DNA from: Promethearchaeota archaeon
Lineage (GTDB): Archaea > Asgardarchaeota > Lokiarchaeia > Sigyniarchaeales > SOKP01
Reading direction: 5' to 3'
NCBI GenBank assembly: GCA_048937405.1
Contig: JBHLNF010000004.1
Location: 229,125-293,124 of the forward strand
Length of the DNA: 64,000 nucleotides
Part shown: one piece after another, positions 48,728 to 59,218 of the stretch
Layout: each line of letters starts with the position of its first letter
Position numbering within the stretch: position 1 is the first letter of the stretch
The notes under the pieces: generated by a model
Told to the model about the DNA's origin: nothing
Seen by the model: only the letters and a program-made list of their open reading frames with translations
The model's database searches: none
Position numbers and translations under genes: made by a program

Positions 48728-49471
48728 ATGTCAGCAATAACAAGAAAAAAAGAAAATTCTAAGGAAGATACCTTAGTTATTATCACTAAAAACGTTAAAA
48801 AAAGTTATTGGGTAGGAGATTTTGAAGTAACTGCTTTAGTCGATGTAACTTTTACTGTAAAAGAAGGAGATTTCAAGATGATCTTAGGTCCTTCGGGTAG
48901 TGGTAAATCAACATTATTGAATTTAATTGGAGGCATAGATTCTGCTGATAATGGTGAAATTTTGATAAATTTTGGTAATGACTTTAAAAACATAGTTAAA
49001 TTTTCTAAAGAGCAATTAGCCATCTTTAGAAGACAAAAACTTGGTATAATATTTCAATTTTACAACTTGGTTCCGATCCTTACCGCAATGGAAAACGTCG
49101 AGTTAGCAGCACGATTTTCACATATTCCAAAAGCAAAACAAAAATCATATCAGATGCTTGAAAAATTAGGACTTGATATGAAAAAGGCAAATAGATATCC
49201 AAATCAATTATCGGCTGGTGAGCAACAGAGGGTTGCAATAGCAAGAGCTTTAGTTAAAAATCCTGCATTAATTTTAGCGGATGAGCCTACAGGCAATTTA
49301 GATGGACCTAGAAGCAAAGAAATATATGAATTAATGAGAAATTTAGCAGAAGAATTTAACAAGACAGTATTAATCGTAACTCACGATGAACGTTTAGCAA
49401 ATGAATATGCAAAATCAAAGTTGTATTTGGATGAAGGAAAAATTGTCGATGATATTAGTAATCATCTATAG
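48728..49471 (+). CDS. ABC transporter ATP-binding protein (LolD/MacB-type)
   Basis: GPSGSGKST, LSAGEQQR and ADEPTGNLD motifs. Confidence 0.92.
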   Translation: MSAITRKKENSKEDTLVIITKNVKKSYWVGDFEVTALVDVTFTVKEGDFKMILGPSGSGKSTLLNLIGGIDSADNGEILINFGNDFKNIVKFSKEQLAIFRRQKLGIIFQFYNLVPILTAMENVELAARFSHIPKAKQKSYQMLEKLGLDMKKANRYPNQLSAGEQQRVAIARALVKNPALILADEPTGNLDGPRSKEIYELMRNLAEEFNKTVLIVTHDERLANEYAKSKLYLDEGKIVDDISNHL

Positions 49472-49482
49472 GAGGTTTTATT

Positions 49483-51870
49483 TTGGTACGTTTTTCAGCT
49501 TGGTTTGTCTGGAAAAAAGGTTATAAGACTTTAATTAAAAATAAGAATAAAACCATTTCAGTTCTCATTCTTCTTATCTTTGCTATAGCATTCGGTACAT
49601 TAATGTTTAATATGCAAGATTTTCGCTCTCGTGTGATGGAAGAAATTAAAGAATATACCAATGTTTCCGATGCAACTGCTTATTTTGATACTATTCCTGA
49701 GAGTATAGCTGAAAACCAATTAAAAAATATAACTGATGATCTAGATGATTATGAAATACGGATGATAATGCAAATAGATTTCAAAGTTTTTGGAGAATCT
49801 TATGATGGGATTTTAATTGGTGTAAATACCTCTCGAAAAATTCATATACATGCTTTAATTGATAAAAATAAAGAAGAATTGGATGATTATAAATTCGCAA
49901 TTAATTGGGGCTTTGCTGAAAGAGTGGATCTTAAAATAGGCGATGAGATCTCACTTTCCTATGGATCGATTGAAAAAGAAATTATTATTAATAACATCGG
50001 TTATAATGCAGAATTTCAATTTAGTCCATTATTTTCAAATATTGCATTTCCCACAATGAGACCTTATCCAATTATTTATGTTGATCTTAATTACTTAAAT
50101 GAAATGTTTTTAAACCAACCAGAAATAATGGTTAATCAATTTTTATATCAATTAAAGGACAATTCAAATGTAAGTAATGTAGAACAAGATATTCAAGAAG
50201 CATTAAAAGACTTCTCTATAGAGATTGTTCCTTTAGAAGATCAACCCTTCTTCAAAACTATGAGAGAAGATGAAGAATCAGATAGACAAATGCTAATGGG
50301 TCTTACAATTTTTCTACTCATTGGAGCTATTATCACATTGATACTTGTAACGAATAAATTAGTAGAAGAGGATCTCAAATCAATCTCAGTTTTTCAAGCT
50401 TTAGGTGCTAATAAGCGGGAAATAATTTATAGTTATTTAGTATTTAATGTATTAATTGTGAGTTTAGCATTAATTCTGGGGGTTATTTTAAGTAATATTT
50501 TAGCAATTCCTTTCACAAATTTTATGGCACAATTTTTTGGACTTGGATTTCTTCCTAAAATTCAATTTCAGATTACAAATGCTATCTGGATAGGTTTAAG
50601 CCTGTTCATAGTATCATTAATTTCGATGTTTCTTGTAGTTAAAAAGACATTCAAAATGGATGTTCAGCAAAGCCTAAAGTATGAAACCAAGTTCTTAGAA
50701 AAGACAAGTATCGTTGAAAAGGTTTATTTGAAAGCTAATAAAGATCCCCATCCATTTACTAAATATAATTTAAGACGAATATTTGGTAGAAAAATGCATT
50801 TAGTTTTCCTCTTAATAGCTCTTAGTGTTTCAGGTTCATTTTTAATTTTTCTCTTCGGTATCGACGATGGTATATCATACTCTTTAGATAGGAAATTTAA
50901 TGACGTGGAACGATGGGATTGTGTGGCAAACACTTGGCAATATGAAAATGAGTCTTCTATAAGTAATCTATTGGATTCTGTGTCTGAAGTTAATGAATAT
51001 GAGTTTGCTATATTTGATATTGCTCTGTTTTCAAAGAAAGACTCAGATTTTAATGATTACTTGAGTTTAATCGCATATAATAATGATTCGGTTATGCATT
51101 TACTTGAGGTAGAAAAAGGTGAGGAATTACAAAATCAAGATGAAGTATTAGTAACTAAAGATATATTAATTGAATTTAACTTAAACCTAGGGGACAATAT
51201 TTATGTGAAAAGTATCTCTGATGATAAAAGTAGAAAATTTAGGATTGTTGGTGTTGTGAATGAAATTGCATCAATGACGTTATATTTATCAATTAATGAT
51301 GCTCAAGAGATCCTAAATAAGAGTAATAGTATTAATACAATTTTCTTAACAGCAAAAGATGATGTGGAAGAATGTGCTAAAGAAGTGTTAGATTTAGATG
51401 AAATTGAAACTGTCAATACTTTAGAATCTTTACAAGATGAAATTGATTTTATTCTTGACTTTATGTCTGCGGCAATGATAGCTTTTGGAATAATATTGAT
51501 GATTTTTGGAATAATATTAATTTTTGTTGTATTCAAGACTATTGCCGATTATAGGATGGAAGATTACTCTAACATGAAGGCTTTAGGTGTTCTTAATAAA
51601 GAAATCAGAAAAAGTCTATTAATAGAGTTATTACTATACTTTTCTATTTCATTAATTCTTGGTTTAATTCTTGGAATTTTATTTTTAGATTGGATGTTTT
51701 TACAATGGGAAACTGAAGTACCCGGATTAATATTTTTTATCTATCCAATCAGTTATTTATATTATATTTTAATCTTTTCAGGAATCTTAATTTTTTCATT
51801 TTATATCAATTACCGGAGAATTAAAAATGTAGATATCGCAGAAATAATGAGAGCAAAAACATTTGGTTAA
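49483..51870 (+). CDS. FtsX-like ABC permease with a duplicated architecture
   Basis: Two FtsX repeats (FQALGA and MKALGV) with large extracytoplasmic loops; SD GGAGGT. Confidence 0.88.
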   Translation: MVRFSAWFVWKKGYKTLIKNKNKTISVLILLIFAIAFGTLMFNMQDFRSRVMEEIKEYTNVSDATAYFDTIPESIAENQLKNITDDLDDYEIRMIMQIDFKVFGESYDGILIGVNTSRKIHIHALIDKNKEELDDYKFAINWGFAERVDLKIGDEISLSYGSIEKEIIINNIGYNAEFQFSPLFSNIAFPTMRPYPIIYVDLNYLNEMFLNQPEIMVNQFLYQLKDNSNVSNVEQDIQEALKDFSIEIVPLEDQPFFKTMREDEESDRQMLMGLTIFLLIGAIITLILVTNKLVEEDLKSISVFQALGANKREIIYSYLVFNVLIVSLALILGVILSNILAIPFTNFMAQFFGLGFLPKIQFQITNAIWIGLSLFIVSLISMFLVVKKTFKMDVQQSLKYETKFLEKTSIVEKVYLKANKDPHPFTKYNLRRIFGRKMHLVFLLIALSVSGSFLIFLFGIDDGISYSLDRKFNDVERWDCVANTWQYENESSISNLLDSVSEVNEYEFAIFDIALFSKKDSDFNDYLSLIAYNNDSVMHLLEVEKGEELQNQDEVLVTKDILIEFNLNLGDNIYVKSISDDKSRKFRIVGVVNEIASMTLYLSINDAQEILNKSNSINTIFLTAKDDVEECAKEVLDLDEIETVNTLESLQDEIDFILDFMSAAMIAFGIILMIFGIILIFVVFKTIADYRMEDYSNMKALGVLNKEIRKSLLIELLLYFSISLILGLILGILFLDWMFLQWETEVPGLIFFIYPISYLYYILIFSGILIFSFYINYRRIKNVDIAEIMRAKTFG

Positions 51871-52308
51871 ATATTATGTATTTTTTCTACAAGCAATAAA
51901 ATTATTTTTAAGAAAATATCAAAATCGGGTCTATTGTTTTAGTCATTCATTAAATTCCAATAAATTTTTATAAAGTATTATAAAAAGTTAAGAAAACTGA
52001 ACATAGTCTCTTTTAAAATAAGAAGACTGTAGGTGTTATTTCAAGTAGCGTTTAAAAAATGCTATTCACACACTCATATCTGAATAAATAGTATCTCAAT
52101 TATATTTCAAAATCTTAGGTGTAGGCTTATTAAATAATCTAGAAAATTATTAGTATAATCTGTTGTTATTATACAATTCAATTAAATTCTTAGATTTATA
52201 AATATAAAAAATAATGAAAAAGATCTGTCTGATATCTGCCAAATAATGCTTTCACATTATTATACAAAAAACCTTTTTTAATTGAGATAATAAAAAAATA
52301 AAAATAAA

Positions 52309-53070
52309 CTAGTTATTAATAATTTTTCGTCTTTTTGACAGAATCCCTACTATAACAATTCCAATAATTGCTATTAATAGATAGGTATTACCAAATGGTA
52401 TTCCATTATCATCATTACCGTTTTCATCACCATTTTCATCACCGTTATCTCCACTATCATCAGGTAAATCACCTTCTATAACCATTTTATAAATTAGAAT
52501 ACCTAAAGACTCAACTTCAAAATTTATTTGAATTCCATTTTCATGAAATGTATATCGACATTCAAAAGACCCACCAATACCTACTAAAGTTAAATTTGTA
52601 TCTGATGTACTCATACCACTGAAAACTCCTGGATTACTGGATATAATGTGTTCACCAATCATAGTAAGATTTAATGGTGTAGGAATAATAAAAATCCAAC
52701 CATATATAGCAGCTTGTACTGTTGTATATTCTATTTCATCAAGAGTTTCGTTAAAAGTTAAATAGGTCCCATTAAAAACATTCGTCCAAGTATAATCTGT
52801 AATATTATAATAATCCAATGTCGCATTCATGGTTAAATATCCTCCTTCTCCATAAATATCTTGAACGGTTAAATTAACTTTATCTCCTGTCATAAGAGGT
52901 GCCCACCCTGTATTATTAGTCACTATCCAACTATATTGATCATTAATATCCACTGATACTGTTGAATCTTCTATGGTAGTAACTGCTCTAGTTTTGCTAA
53001 GTACCATCAATAATATCATAAAGATAAGAGTAATACTACTTATGCTTTTTTTATACTTCATATTAAACAT
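52309..53070 (-). CDS. Secreted/surface protein with an acidic linker and a Loki-CTERM-like C-terminal sorting signal
   Basis: Signal peptide, DNGDENGDENG repeat, then IPFG + TM helix + KRRK tail. Confidence 0.7.
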   Translation of the reverse strand: MFNMKYKKSISSITLIFMILLMVLSKTRAVTTIEDSTVSVDINDQYSWIVTNNTGWAPLMTGDKVNLTVQDIYGEGGYLTMNATLDYYNITDYTWTNVFNGTYLTFNETLDEIEYTTVQAAIYGWIFIIPTPLNLTMIGEHIISSNPGVFSGMSTSDTNLTLVGIGGSFECRYTFHENGIQINFEVESLGILIYKMVIEGDLPDDSGDNGDENGDENGNDDNGIPFGNTYLLIAIIGIVIVGILSKRRKIINN

Positions 53071-53156
53071 TGATATTTAGTTTATTAATATATGATAAAG
53101 ATTTCAGATTATAAAATAAATTGCATTTTATACATAAAAAATTAAAAATTTTTTGT

Positions 53157-53717
53157 TTAAGTTGCCGTCCAGAGTATAGACCTTCCCTTTTTTTCGGCTC
53201 GTTTAATTTTCTTTTCATTCTCTAAATCTGACATAATTTTCCAAATTTGAGAATTACTTAATTTAAAGTATTTTCTTAATTCAGGAGTCGTCATTTTAGC
53301 ATCATTTAATAAATTCGGGATTAATCTTTTGATTTCTTCAAAAGTATTCTCATCAGAGTCATCAATACTTTTATCATGTGGATCGTCAATTTCCATTTCT
53401 GTTATAATTCTGGATGCGATCTTATTTAATTGATTAATATTATTTTCTATTATATTCTTAGGTTTCATAAAAAGACAGCATAGTTCTAAATCCTTGGGAA
53501 AGGCTACAATATAGAACTTGTCATATAATATTGCCCTTGGTTTTTTTACTGATTCATTTCCACCTCGGAAAGCTAAATAAAAATTCATCGCAAAATCATC
53601 TATGCTTACATCATTATTCGATTGCGTGAATTCTTTTTTCCATTTAAGAAATGGACCATCAATCATATCAAAACCAATTAATGCTGCTCCAAACATTTCA
53701 TTTTCAGTAAAATTCAT
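53157..53717 (-). CDS. Longin/uDENN-like domain plus winged-helix protein
   Basis: LIGFDMIDGP beta-hairpin start and C-terminal wH (MTTPELR...RAEKKGRSILW); 4-nt overlap with the GTPase gene. Confidence 0.5.
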   Translation of the reverse strand: MNFTENEMFGAALIGFDMIDGPFLKWKKEFTQSNNDVSIDDFAMNFYLAFRGGNESVKKPRAILYDKFYIVAFPKDLELCCLFMKPKNIIENNINQLNKIASRIITEMEIDDPHDKSIDDSDENTFEEIKRLIPNLLNDAKMTTPELRKYFKLSNSQIWKIMSDLENEKKIKRAEKKGRSILWTAT

Positions 53718-54241
53718 TCTTTTCTCCTCCTCCTAATTACAATTTTATCTAATTCATTTTTAATAATATTCATCATTTTCAAACGTTCTGAAGGATTTAT
53801 AGCAGTCATTCCGTAGGTTTTAATGTGGAGTATATCTTCAACTCTTTTATAATCCATTCTTCCGTCTGTTTTCACCAAATCTTGCTTATTTGCGATTGCA
53901 ATGATAGGACAATCTTTTCCCACAAAATGACATGCATAATTAATGAGTTCTCTTGAATTTAAGACATTTTTAGGAGTTGAGTCAGTAACAACAAAGATAA
54001 TATCAGATCCTAAAAGATAATCTCTAGAATAAGTTTTTAGATAACTCTGTTGACCACCTAAATCCCATAATCTCAAGATATAATCATCCAGCTTAATAGT
54101 TTTCAAATCTAAACCATGAGTAGGAAAGTATAATCGATTTATTTCATTTTGTGCCAAAAGTTTTGCCAATGTTGTTTTTCCTGTAGCGGGATATCCAATT
54201 AAACTAACTTTTGCTAATTTATCAATCTCAGAACTCAGCAT
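53714..54241 (-). CDS. Arf-like small GTPase
   Basis: GYPATGKT, PTHG, WDLGGQ and ANKQD motifs. Confidence 0.88.
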   Translation of the reverse strand: MLSSEIDKLAKVSLIGYPATGKTTLAKLLAQNEINRLYFPTHGLDLKTIKLDDYILRLWDLGGQQSYLKTYSRDYLLGSDIIFVVTDSTPKNVLNSRELINYACHFVGKDCPIIAIANKQDLVKTDGRMDYKRVEDILHIKTYGMTAINPSERLKMMNIIKNELDKIVIRRRRKE

Positions 54242-54356
54242 TTTAATCTATAAAATTTGATGATTTTTTAAGAAAGAATGCCCTAAAAATAATATGAATC
54301 TAAATAATACGTCGATATTATCGAGATACTATTAGAAAAAATGATCTAAAGAATAA

Positions 54357-55082
54357 CTATTTAGATCGCAAAAGAAACTTTTTCATAACCTTAGGTAAAA
54401 GAAATCCCCCATACCAACAAATTGCACTTATTATTAAAATTAGTCTTGTTATAATAATTGTTATCTCATTAAGGGGAATAGCTAAATCCAATAGTGCTCC
54501 CACTGAAAATGTAATATACGCAACTATAAGTAGTTTTCCTTTGAGTTTCACCTCTGGATCTTTAGATTTTAGAGAAAGATTTGCAAAAAGAAAACCTGAT
54601 ATCACAACGATTGCTAAAAAAGATATAAGAAATATCATAATGAAAGAATCGTATCTAACATCAACAGGTGGATTTAACTCTCCTATTAAATCTGGTTTTA
54701 CAAAAAGAAAAGCAAAGAAAAGAATTTCAAAGATTGATCCATATAATGTAAAAATCAGGAGTATTAGCTTCCTTTTTTCAGTATATAAAAATTCTGTGAA
54801 AGCTAGCAACCAAAGTATAATAGCAAAAGGCACCAAAACATTTCCTATCATAAAATAAGCTTCTGGAGGTATTCCGACACTGTTGAATAAAGCTACTATA
54901 AATGAGACGCTTGAACTCCACCATGGACAACTAATTAATATCCAAGTGGCTCCAACCAATAAGTAAATCCTTTCTTTATATCTAAAGTATCTTGAAAAAA
55001 TAGTAACACCAACTAGGAGGGAGATGAACACAAATACAAGAGAACAGACACCATTAACTATATCTAAGGGATTTAATGACAT
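54357..55082 (-). CDS. Multi-pass (about 7 TM) membrane protein of unknown function
   Basis: Seven hydrophobic segments and no soluble domain. Confidence 0.65.
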   Translation of the reverse strand: MSLNPLDIVNGVCSLVFVFISLLVGVTIFSRYFRYKERIYLLVGATWILISCPWWSSSVSFIVALFNSVGIPPEAYFMIGNVLVPFAIILWLLAFTEFLYTEKRKLILLIFTLYGSIFEILFFAFLFVKPDLIGELNPPVDVRYDSFIMIFLISFLAIVVISGFLFANLSLKSKDPEVKLKGKLLIVAYITFSVGALLDLAIPLNEITIIITRLILIISAICWYGGFLLPKVMKKFLLRSK

Positions 55083-55186
55083 TTTCTGATTTTAAATTCA
55101 TTTTATTAATTATAAATAAGAATTAAGAGAATGGATTATATAAATATTAAAACTTTTTTAGATAATTCCAATCTAATTTTAAAGAT

Positions 55187-57082
55187 TCAAATATTGTATA
55201 AAAATATCAATAATATCAATGAAAAGAAGGTAGGGGCAATCAAACTTATTGATAATAAACTTTCAGATACTTTTAAACATTCTTTTAAAGTATCAATAAT
55301 TGTATTAAAGTATTGTGGATCCCCCCAAATTTTGACTTGTTCATAAGAGGTTTTATATAAAAACTCAACAGGCTCCAAATCTCTTTCTGCTTCTTTAATT
55401 AATTTATCTAATTTTGCAAGAATAAAATCGATATCAATTTTATCTCCTATTGGCGAATAACCTCTACTAGAAAATTGTCTTGCAACAGTATGAGAATCAG
55501 AAGTAGTAATTTCCCCCTTTTCTATACCACGGTTTTGAAGCATATTTAAAATAAAGGATCTAATTTCCAAGAAAGCGTTATTTCCATCGAAATGAATTAA
55601 GATCGTTTTTTGGTCATTTGATGTATTTTTAAATAAATGAACAACTATTCCACCAAAACCAATTCCGTCCTTTTCTGAAAATTCTTTGATAGGATCTTTA
55701 GCTACACCATACAAGATATTAACTTTTTCTGAGTTCTCTGGTTTATTATTTATAATAAACTTTTGAGCAACATCAATTAAATCATTTGCCTCTAAAGAAT
55801 CTTTTTCAATTAATATTTCATCACCAATAATTGAATTATGTGAATCAATTACTATTATATCATTAAAGCCTTCTTTTTGTGCAATACTGCTAATATTTTC
55901 TCCAATTTCAATTTGAATATCATCAGAAGGCAATGGATGTCTTGTTAAAAAAATAAGTGGTGTTTGATTCACAACCATTCCAATAAGTTTAGCTGAATTT
56001 GAGATTTTTCTTGAAAAATCAACAATTTTAGAATTCCATTCTAATAAACCATTCTCCATAATATCTCTTATATCTTCTTTAATATGAAGGAGAACATTAT
56101 CAACTTCTACGTGAGATGTTAGGTTTTGAGCATGAGTGTTAGTAGTATGATATACTGTAGTACCTTTTATATCTGAAAATGCTTTATATATATGTTCAGG
56201 TAAATCGGAAGATCCACATGTTTTAAATGGTCCAAAATGAATATTTGGAATTATAAATAAACCCTTTAACTTTTTTGTTTCTTTATTTCGAATTGCTAAA
56301 TATTGAATTTTCACATCAGAATTTATACCAACCCTATCAAAATAACTTTCTATCAAGTCATCATTTCCACTTGTTAACATTGAAAGAACAAATGCTCTGA
56401 TAAAAGGATATCCCCCCATCCCAGTTCCTTCCTGAAAGACATTACTTACTCTAAATAAACCTCTCCTATAAGGAATAGCAAATAATAAGGCACATACTAC
56501 AAAAAAAAGTAAAGCTTTGATAAAAAATAATATATTAAAAAATTGAAACATCAAGATACTATAAAGTATAATTGTAGTTACAGGTTGAACCAAGGCAAGA
56601 ATCAAATACCCTGGACGTCCAACAGTGGTAAATGAAAAATAAATAACAAAAGCCAAGATATATGAAAGGATAGTTCCCAAGATGAGAAAGACTTCTAGTA
56701 ATTGAATATCTTTCAAAGATATTACCACAATCTGACCAAAAATATATGTAACTTGAATTACAGCACTAAAGAAAGCATTCATTTGTATTGACCATCCAAT
56801 TGGTGGTGTTTTTAAAACAGGTGCTCTATGTGAATAAAGTAAAATCGCAAAAAGACTTCCAAAACAAGATGTAGTTAAAAAGAGAAAAATAAAACGGAAG
56901 AAATGAAAAAAGTCAAAAAATGTAGTCCCTGTAAAATAATTTAGTAGCAACGATATAAACCCGAAAATAATTGGAGTACCGAAAAACATGGAATACGCTA
57001 ATTTTTTTGATGAAAAGTATTCCATGTATGAAATTATTCCAGGTATTTGTCGTGATGTTTTTTTTCTTATGATCATAGACAA
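55187..57082 (-). CDS. DUF2070 family archaeal membrane protein
   Basis: TM region plus PNIHFGPF, IDSHNS, DGNN and TSDSH motifs. Confidence 0.85.
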   Translation of the reverse strand: MSMIIRKKTSRQIPGIISYMEYFSSKKLAYSMFFGTPIIFGFISLLLNYFTGTTFFDFFHFFRFIFLFLTTSCFGSLFAILLYSHRAPVLKTPPIGWSIQMNAFFSAVIQVTYIFGQIVVISLKDIQLLEVFLILGTILSYILAFVIYFSFTTVGRPGYLILALVQPVTTIILYSILMFQFFNILFFIKALLFFVVCALLFAIPYRRGLFRVSNVFQEGTGMGGYPFIRAFVLSMLTSGNDDLIESYFDRVGINSDVKIQYLAIRNKETKKLKGLFIIPNIHFGPFKTCGSSDLPEHIYKAFSDIKGTTVYHTTNTHAQNLTSHVEVDNVLLHIKEDIRDIMENGLLEWNSKIVDFSRKISNSAKLIGMVVNQTPLIFLTRHPLPSDDIQIEIGENISSIAQKEGFNDIIVIDSHNSIIGDEILIEKDSLEANDLIDVAQKFIINNKPENSEKVNILYGVAKDPIKEFSEKDGIGFGGIVVHLFKNTSNDQKTILIHFDGNNAFLEIRSFILNMLQNRGIEKGEITTSDSHTVARQFSSRGYSPIGDKIDIDFILAKLDKLIKEAERDLEPVEFLYKTSYEQVKIWGDPQYFNTIIDTLKECLKVSESLLSISLIAPTFFSLILLIFLYNI

Positions 57083-57218
57083 TTATTATGAATTTTTTAA
57101 AAATGATTATACTTATTTGAAATTATACCTTCTAGACTATCGAATAAATTCATATAATTATATCTTTATGTAAAAAATTATAATAAATTATAAAATAAAA
57201 TGTTTTTTTAAAAGGAAT

Positions 57219-58310
57219 ATGGAACGAAATTCACAAAATTTTAGTTATCTCGCAAATAAACCTTTTGGAGATATTCTTCGTGATGGGTTTAGATTATTTA
57301 CTAAATCTTATAAAACCTTAATTATCCCTCTAGCTCTTTTTCAAATTCTATTAATTATTTTGAATATATTTTTATTAACTGATCTGAATTGGTATATTGC
57401 TTCTCTAGACGTGGACCCCCAAGCAATAATAGCTGAACTTCTTAGTTCTGATGAGATAGATCCAGAAGCTATGAGAACTTTAATGACTTTTATGGGTTTA
57501 AACCTTCTTTCAAATTTTTTACAAAATTTGATAGGTGCGATAATTATTGCTATGGCGATGTGTTCTGTTAGTATGTATGCTTATAAGAAATACATTAATG
57601 AGGATGTTAGTTTTAAAGATTCTTTTAAATCAGCATTTAACAAAAAAATCTTACTAGTTATTTTAATACTCGGGATTTGTCTACCTGCAAGTTCTTTAAT
57701 GCTATACATTCCTGCAATATTTATTTTTACGTTCTTTATTTTTTCTGTATTCACATATAACATGGAAGTGGATAAAAATCCTCTCTCAGAAGCTCGCGCA
57801 ATAGCAAAGGGTAATTTTTGGAAAATTATTGGTGTTTTTCTTATTAATGTAATTATTATTTTTAGCATTCGATTTATATACAATTATATTTTAAATGTAT
57901 CCATAAGTTTAAATTCACCAGATTTTTTTGAAACTTATGATAGTTGGAAAGTTCCATCAACCAGAAATTATGGAGGATTAATTCTCATTGAGATCCTCTA
58001 TAATTTAATTGATATAATGCTTGCACCACTGTTCATATGTTTATTAACATCTCTATTTTCATCTGCAAGGGCTAAAAAAGAATTAAAATCTCAATATCCC
58101 TCAGAATATTACCCTACAAGAGATATGTATCAAGAATCATTTAGAATTCTAAGACATGATCCCTCTCAAATTATTGAAGCTGAGGAGACTATTAATCAAC
58201 CAGAGGGAGGAGGACAGAGCAGAATTTATTGTCCCTATTGTGGAACTCTTTTAGAAACTCCAAAAAGATTTTGTCCTAAATGCGGTGAAAATCTGGAAAA
58301 TCTTATATGA
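57219..58310 (+). CDS. Membrane protein with a C-terminal zinc ribbon
   Basis: About 6 TM helices and CPYCG...FCPKCG. Confidence 0.7.
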   Translation: MERNSQNFSYLANKPFGDILRDGFRLFTKSYKTLIIPLALFQILLIILNIFLLTDLNWYIASLDVDPQAIIAELLSSDEIDPEAMRTLMTFMGLNLLSNFLQNLIGAIIIAMAMCSVSMYAYKKYINEDVSFKDSFKSAFNKKILLVILILGICLPASSLMLYIPAIFIFTFFIFSVFTYNMEVDKNPLSEARAIAKGNFWKIIGVFLINVIIIFSIRFIYNYILNVSISLNSPDFFETYDSWKVPSTRNYGGLILIEILYNLIDIMLAPLFICLLTSLFSSARAKKELKSQYPSEYYPTRDMYQESFRILRHDPSQIIEAEETINQPEGGGQSRIYCPYCGTLLETPKRFCPKCGENLENLI

Positions 58311-58337
58311 AAATAAAAACTAGAAGCAAATATATAG

Positions 58338-59126
58338 ATGTATATCAATATTGAGAAAAAGTTTGATTTAAAAAAAGAGAATATTAAAAATCCAATTCTA
58401 TTGATAGGATGGCCAGGAATTGCATTAGTAGCTAAATTAGCGATAACTTCAATACAAGAATCGTTACAAGCTAAAGAGTTACTGGATATTAATTACTTTG
58501 ATTTTCCTGCTAAGGCTATTGTCGAAAAAGGGAGTCTAGAAATTCCTAATGCTACACTGTATTACAAAGCAACTGAAAAAGAAGATGGAAACGATTTTTT
58601 TATTCTAACAGGTTCTTACCAACCTCAAACACCTGAAGGTGTTTTTGAGTTTTCTAAAATATTTTGTGAGGAAATACATAAGATGACAGGAGGAATAAAG
58701 ATGTATGTTAGTACTGGAGCTATGATTTCCGATATCGTTCATGACAAACCTTCTGTATATGTCTGTGGAACAGACCAAGATCTTGTTCAAACATTCTTAA
58801 AATTAGAAAATACTAAACTTTATGAGGGGGGATATATTTCTGGTGCAAATGGAATTTTACCCGCATGGGCTGGAGCTAATGATTACGCTCCAGGTATTTG
58901 CTTACTGGCTGAAACTCTTCCATTACCAATGATGACATTGGATCCCCGAAGTTCTAAAGCATTAGTAACAATATTAATGGATTATTTTTCAATTGAAATG
59001 GATTTTAGTAAGTTAGATGAAAAAATTAAGGAGATGGAAGGTATTTTTGAATCATTTAAAAAACAAGCAGATCAGTTTATGAAATCACCTAGGGAGGATA
59101 GAGGTCCAGATTCTTACTTCCGTTAA
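58338..59126 (+). CDS. PAC2-family proteasome assembly chaperone-like protein
   Basis: GWPGIALVAK, ISGANG, LLAET and DPRSS motifs; ends SYFR. Confidence 0.85.
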   Translation: MYINIEKKFDLKKENIKNPILLIGWPGIALVAKLAITSIQESLQAKELLDINYFDFPAKAIVEKGSLEIPNATLYYKATEKEDGNDFFILTGSYQPQTPEGVFEFSKIFCEEIHKMTGGIKMYVSTGAMISDIVHDKPSVYVCGTDQDLVQTFLKLENTKLYEGGYISGANGILPAWAGANDYAPGICLLAETLPLPMMTLDPRSSKALVTILMDYFSIEMDFSKLDEKIKEMEGIFESFKKQADQFMKSPREDRGPDSYFR

Positions 59127-59218
59127 TAAAATTATGAAGCTTTTCAAATTTAAATAGAATTTATTAAAAAAGGAATATAATACATTATTTAATACTAAGC
59201 ATGCTTTAATGATTTGAT

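Noticed and set aside
54312-54324. Palindrome TCGATATTATCGA upstream of the Arf-like GTPase
   Set aside because: Single occurrence with no associated regulator; could be chance.
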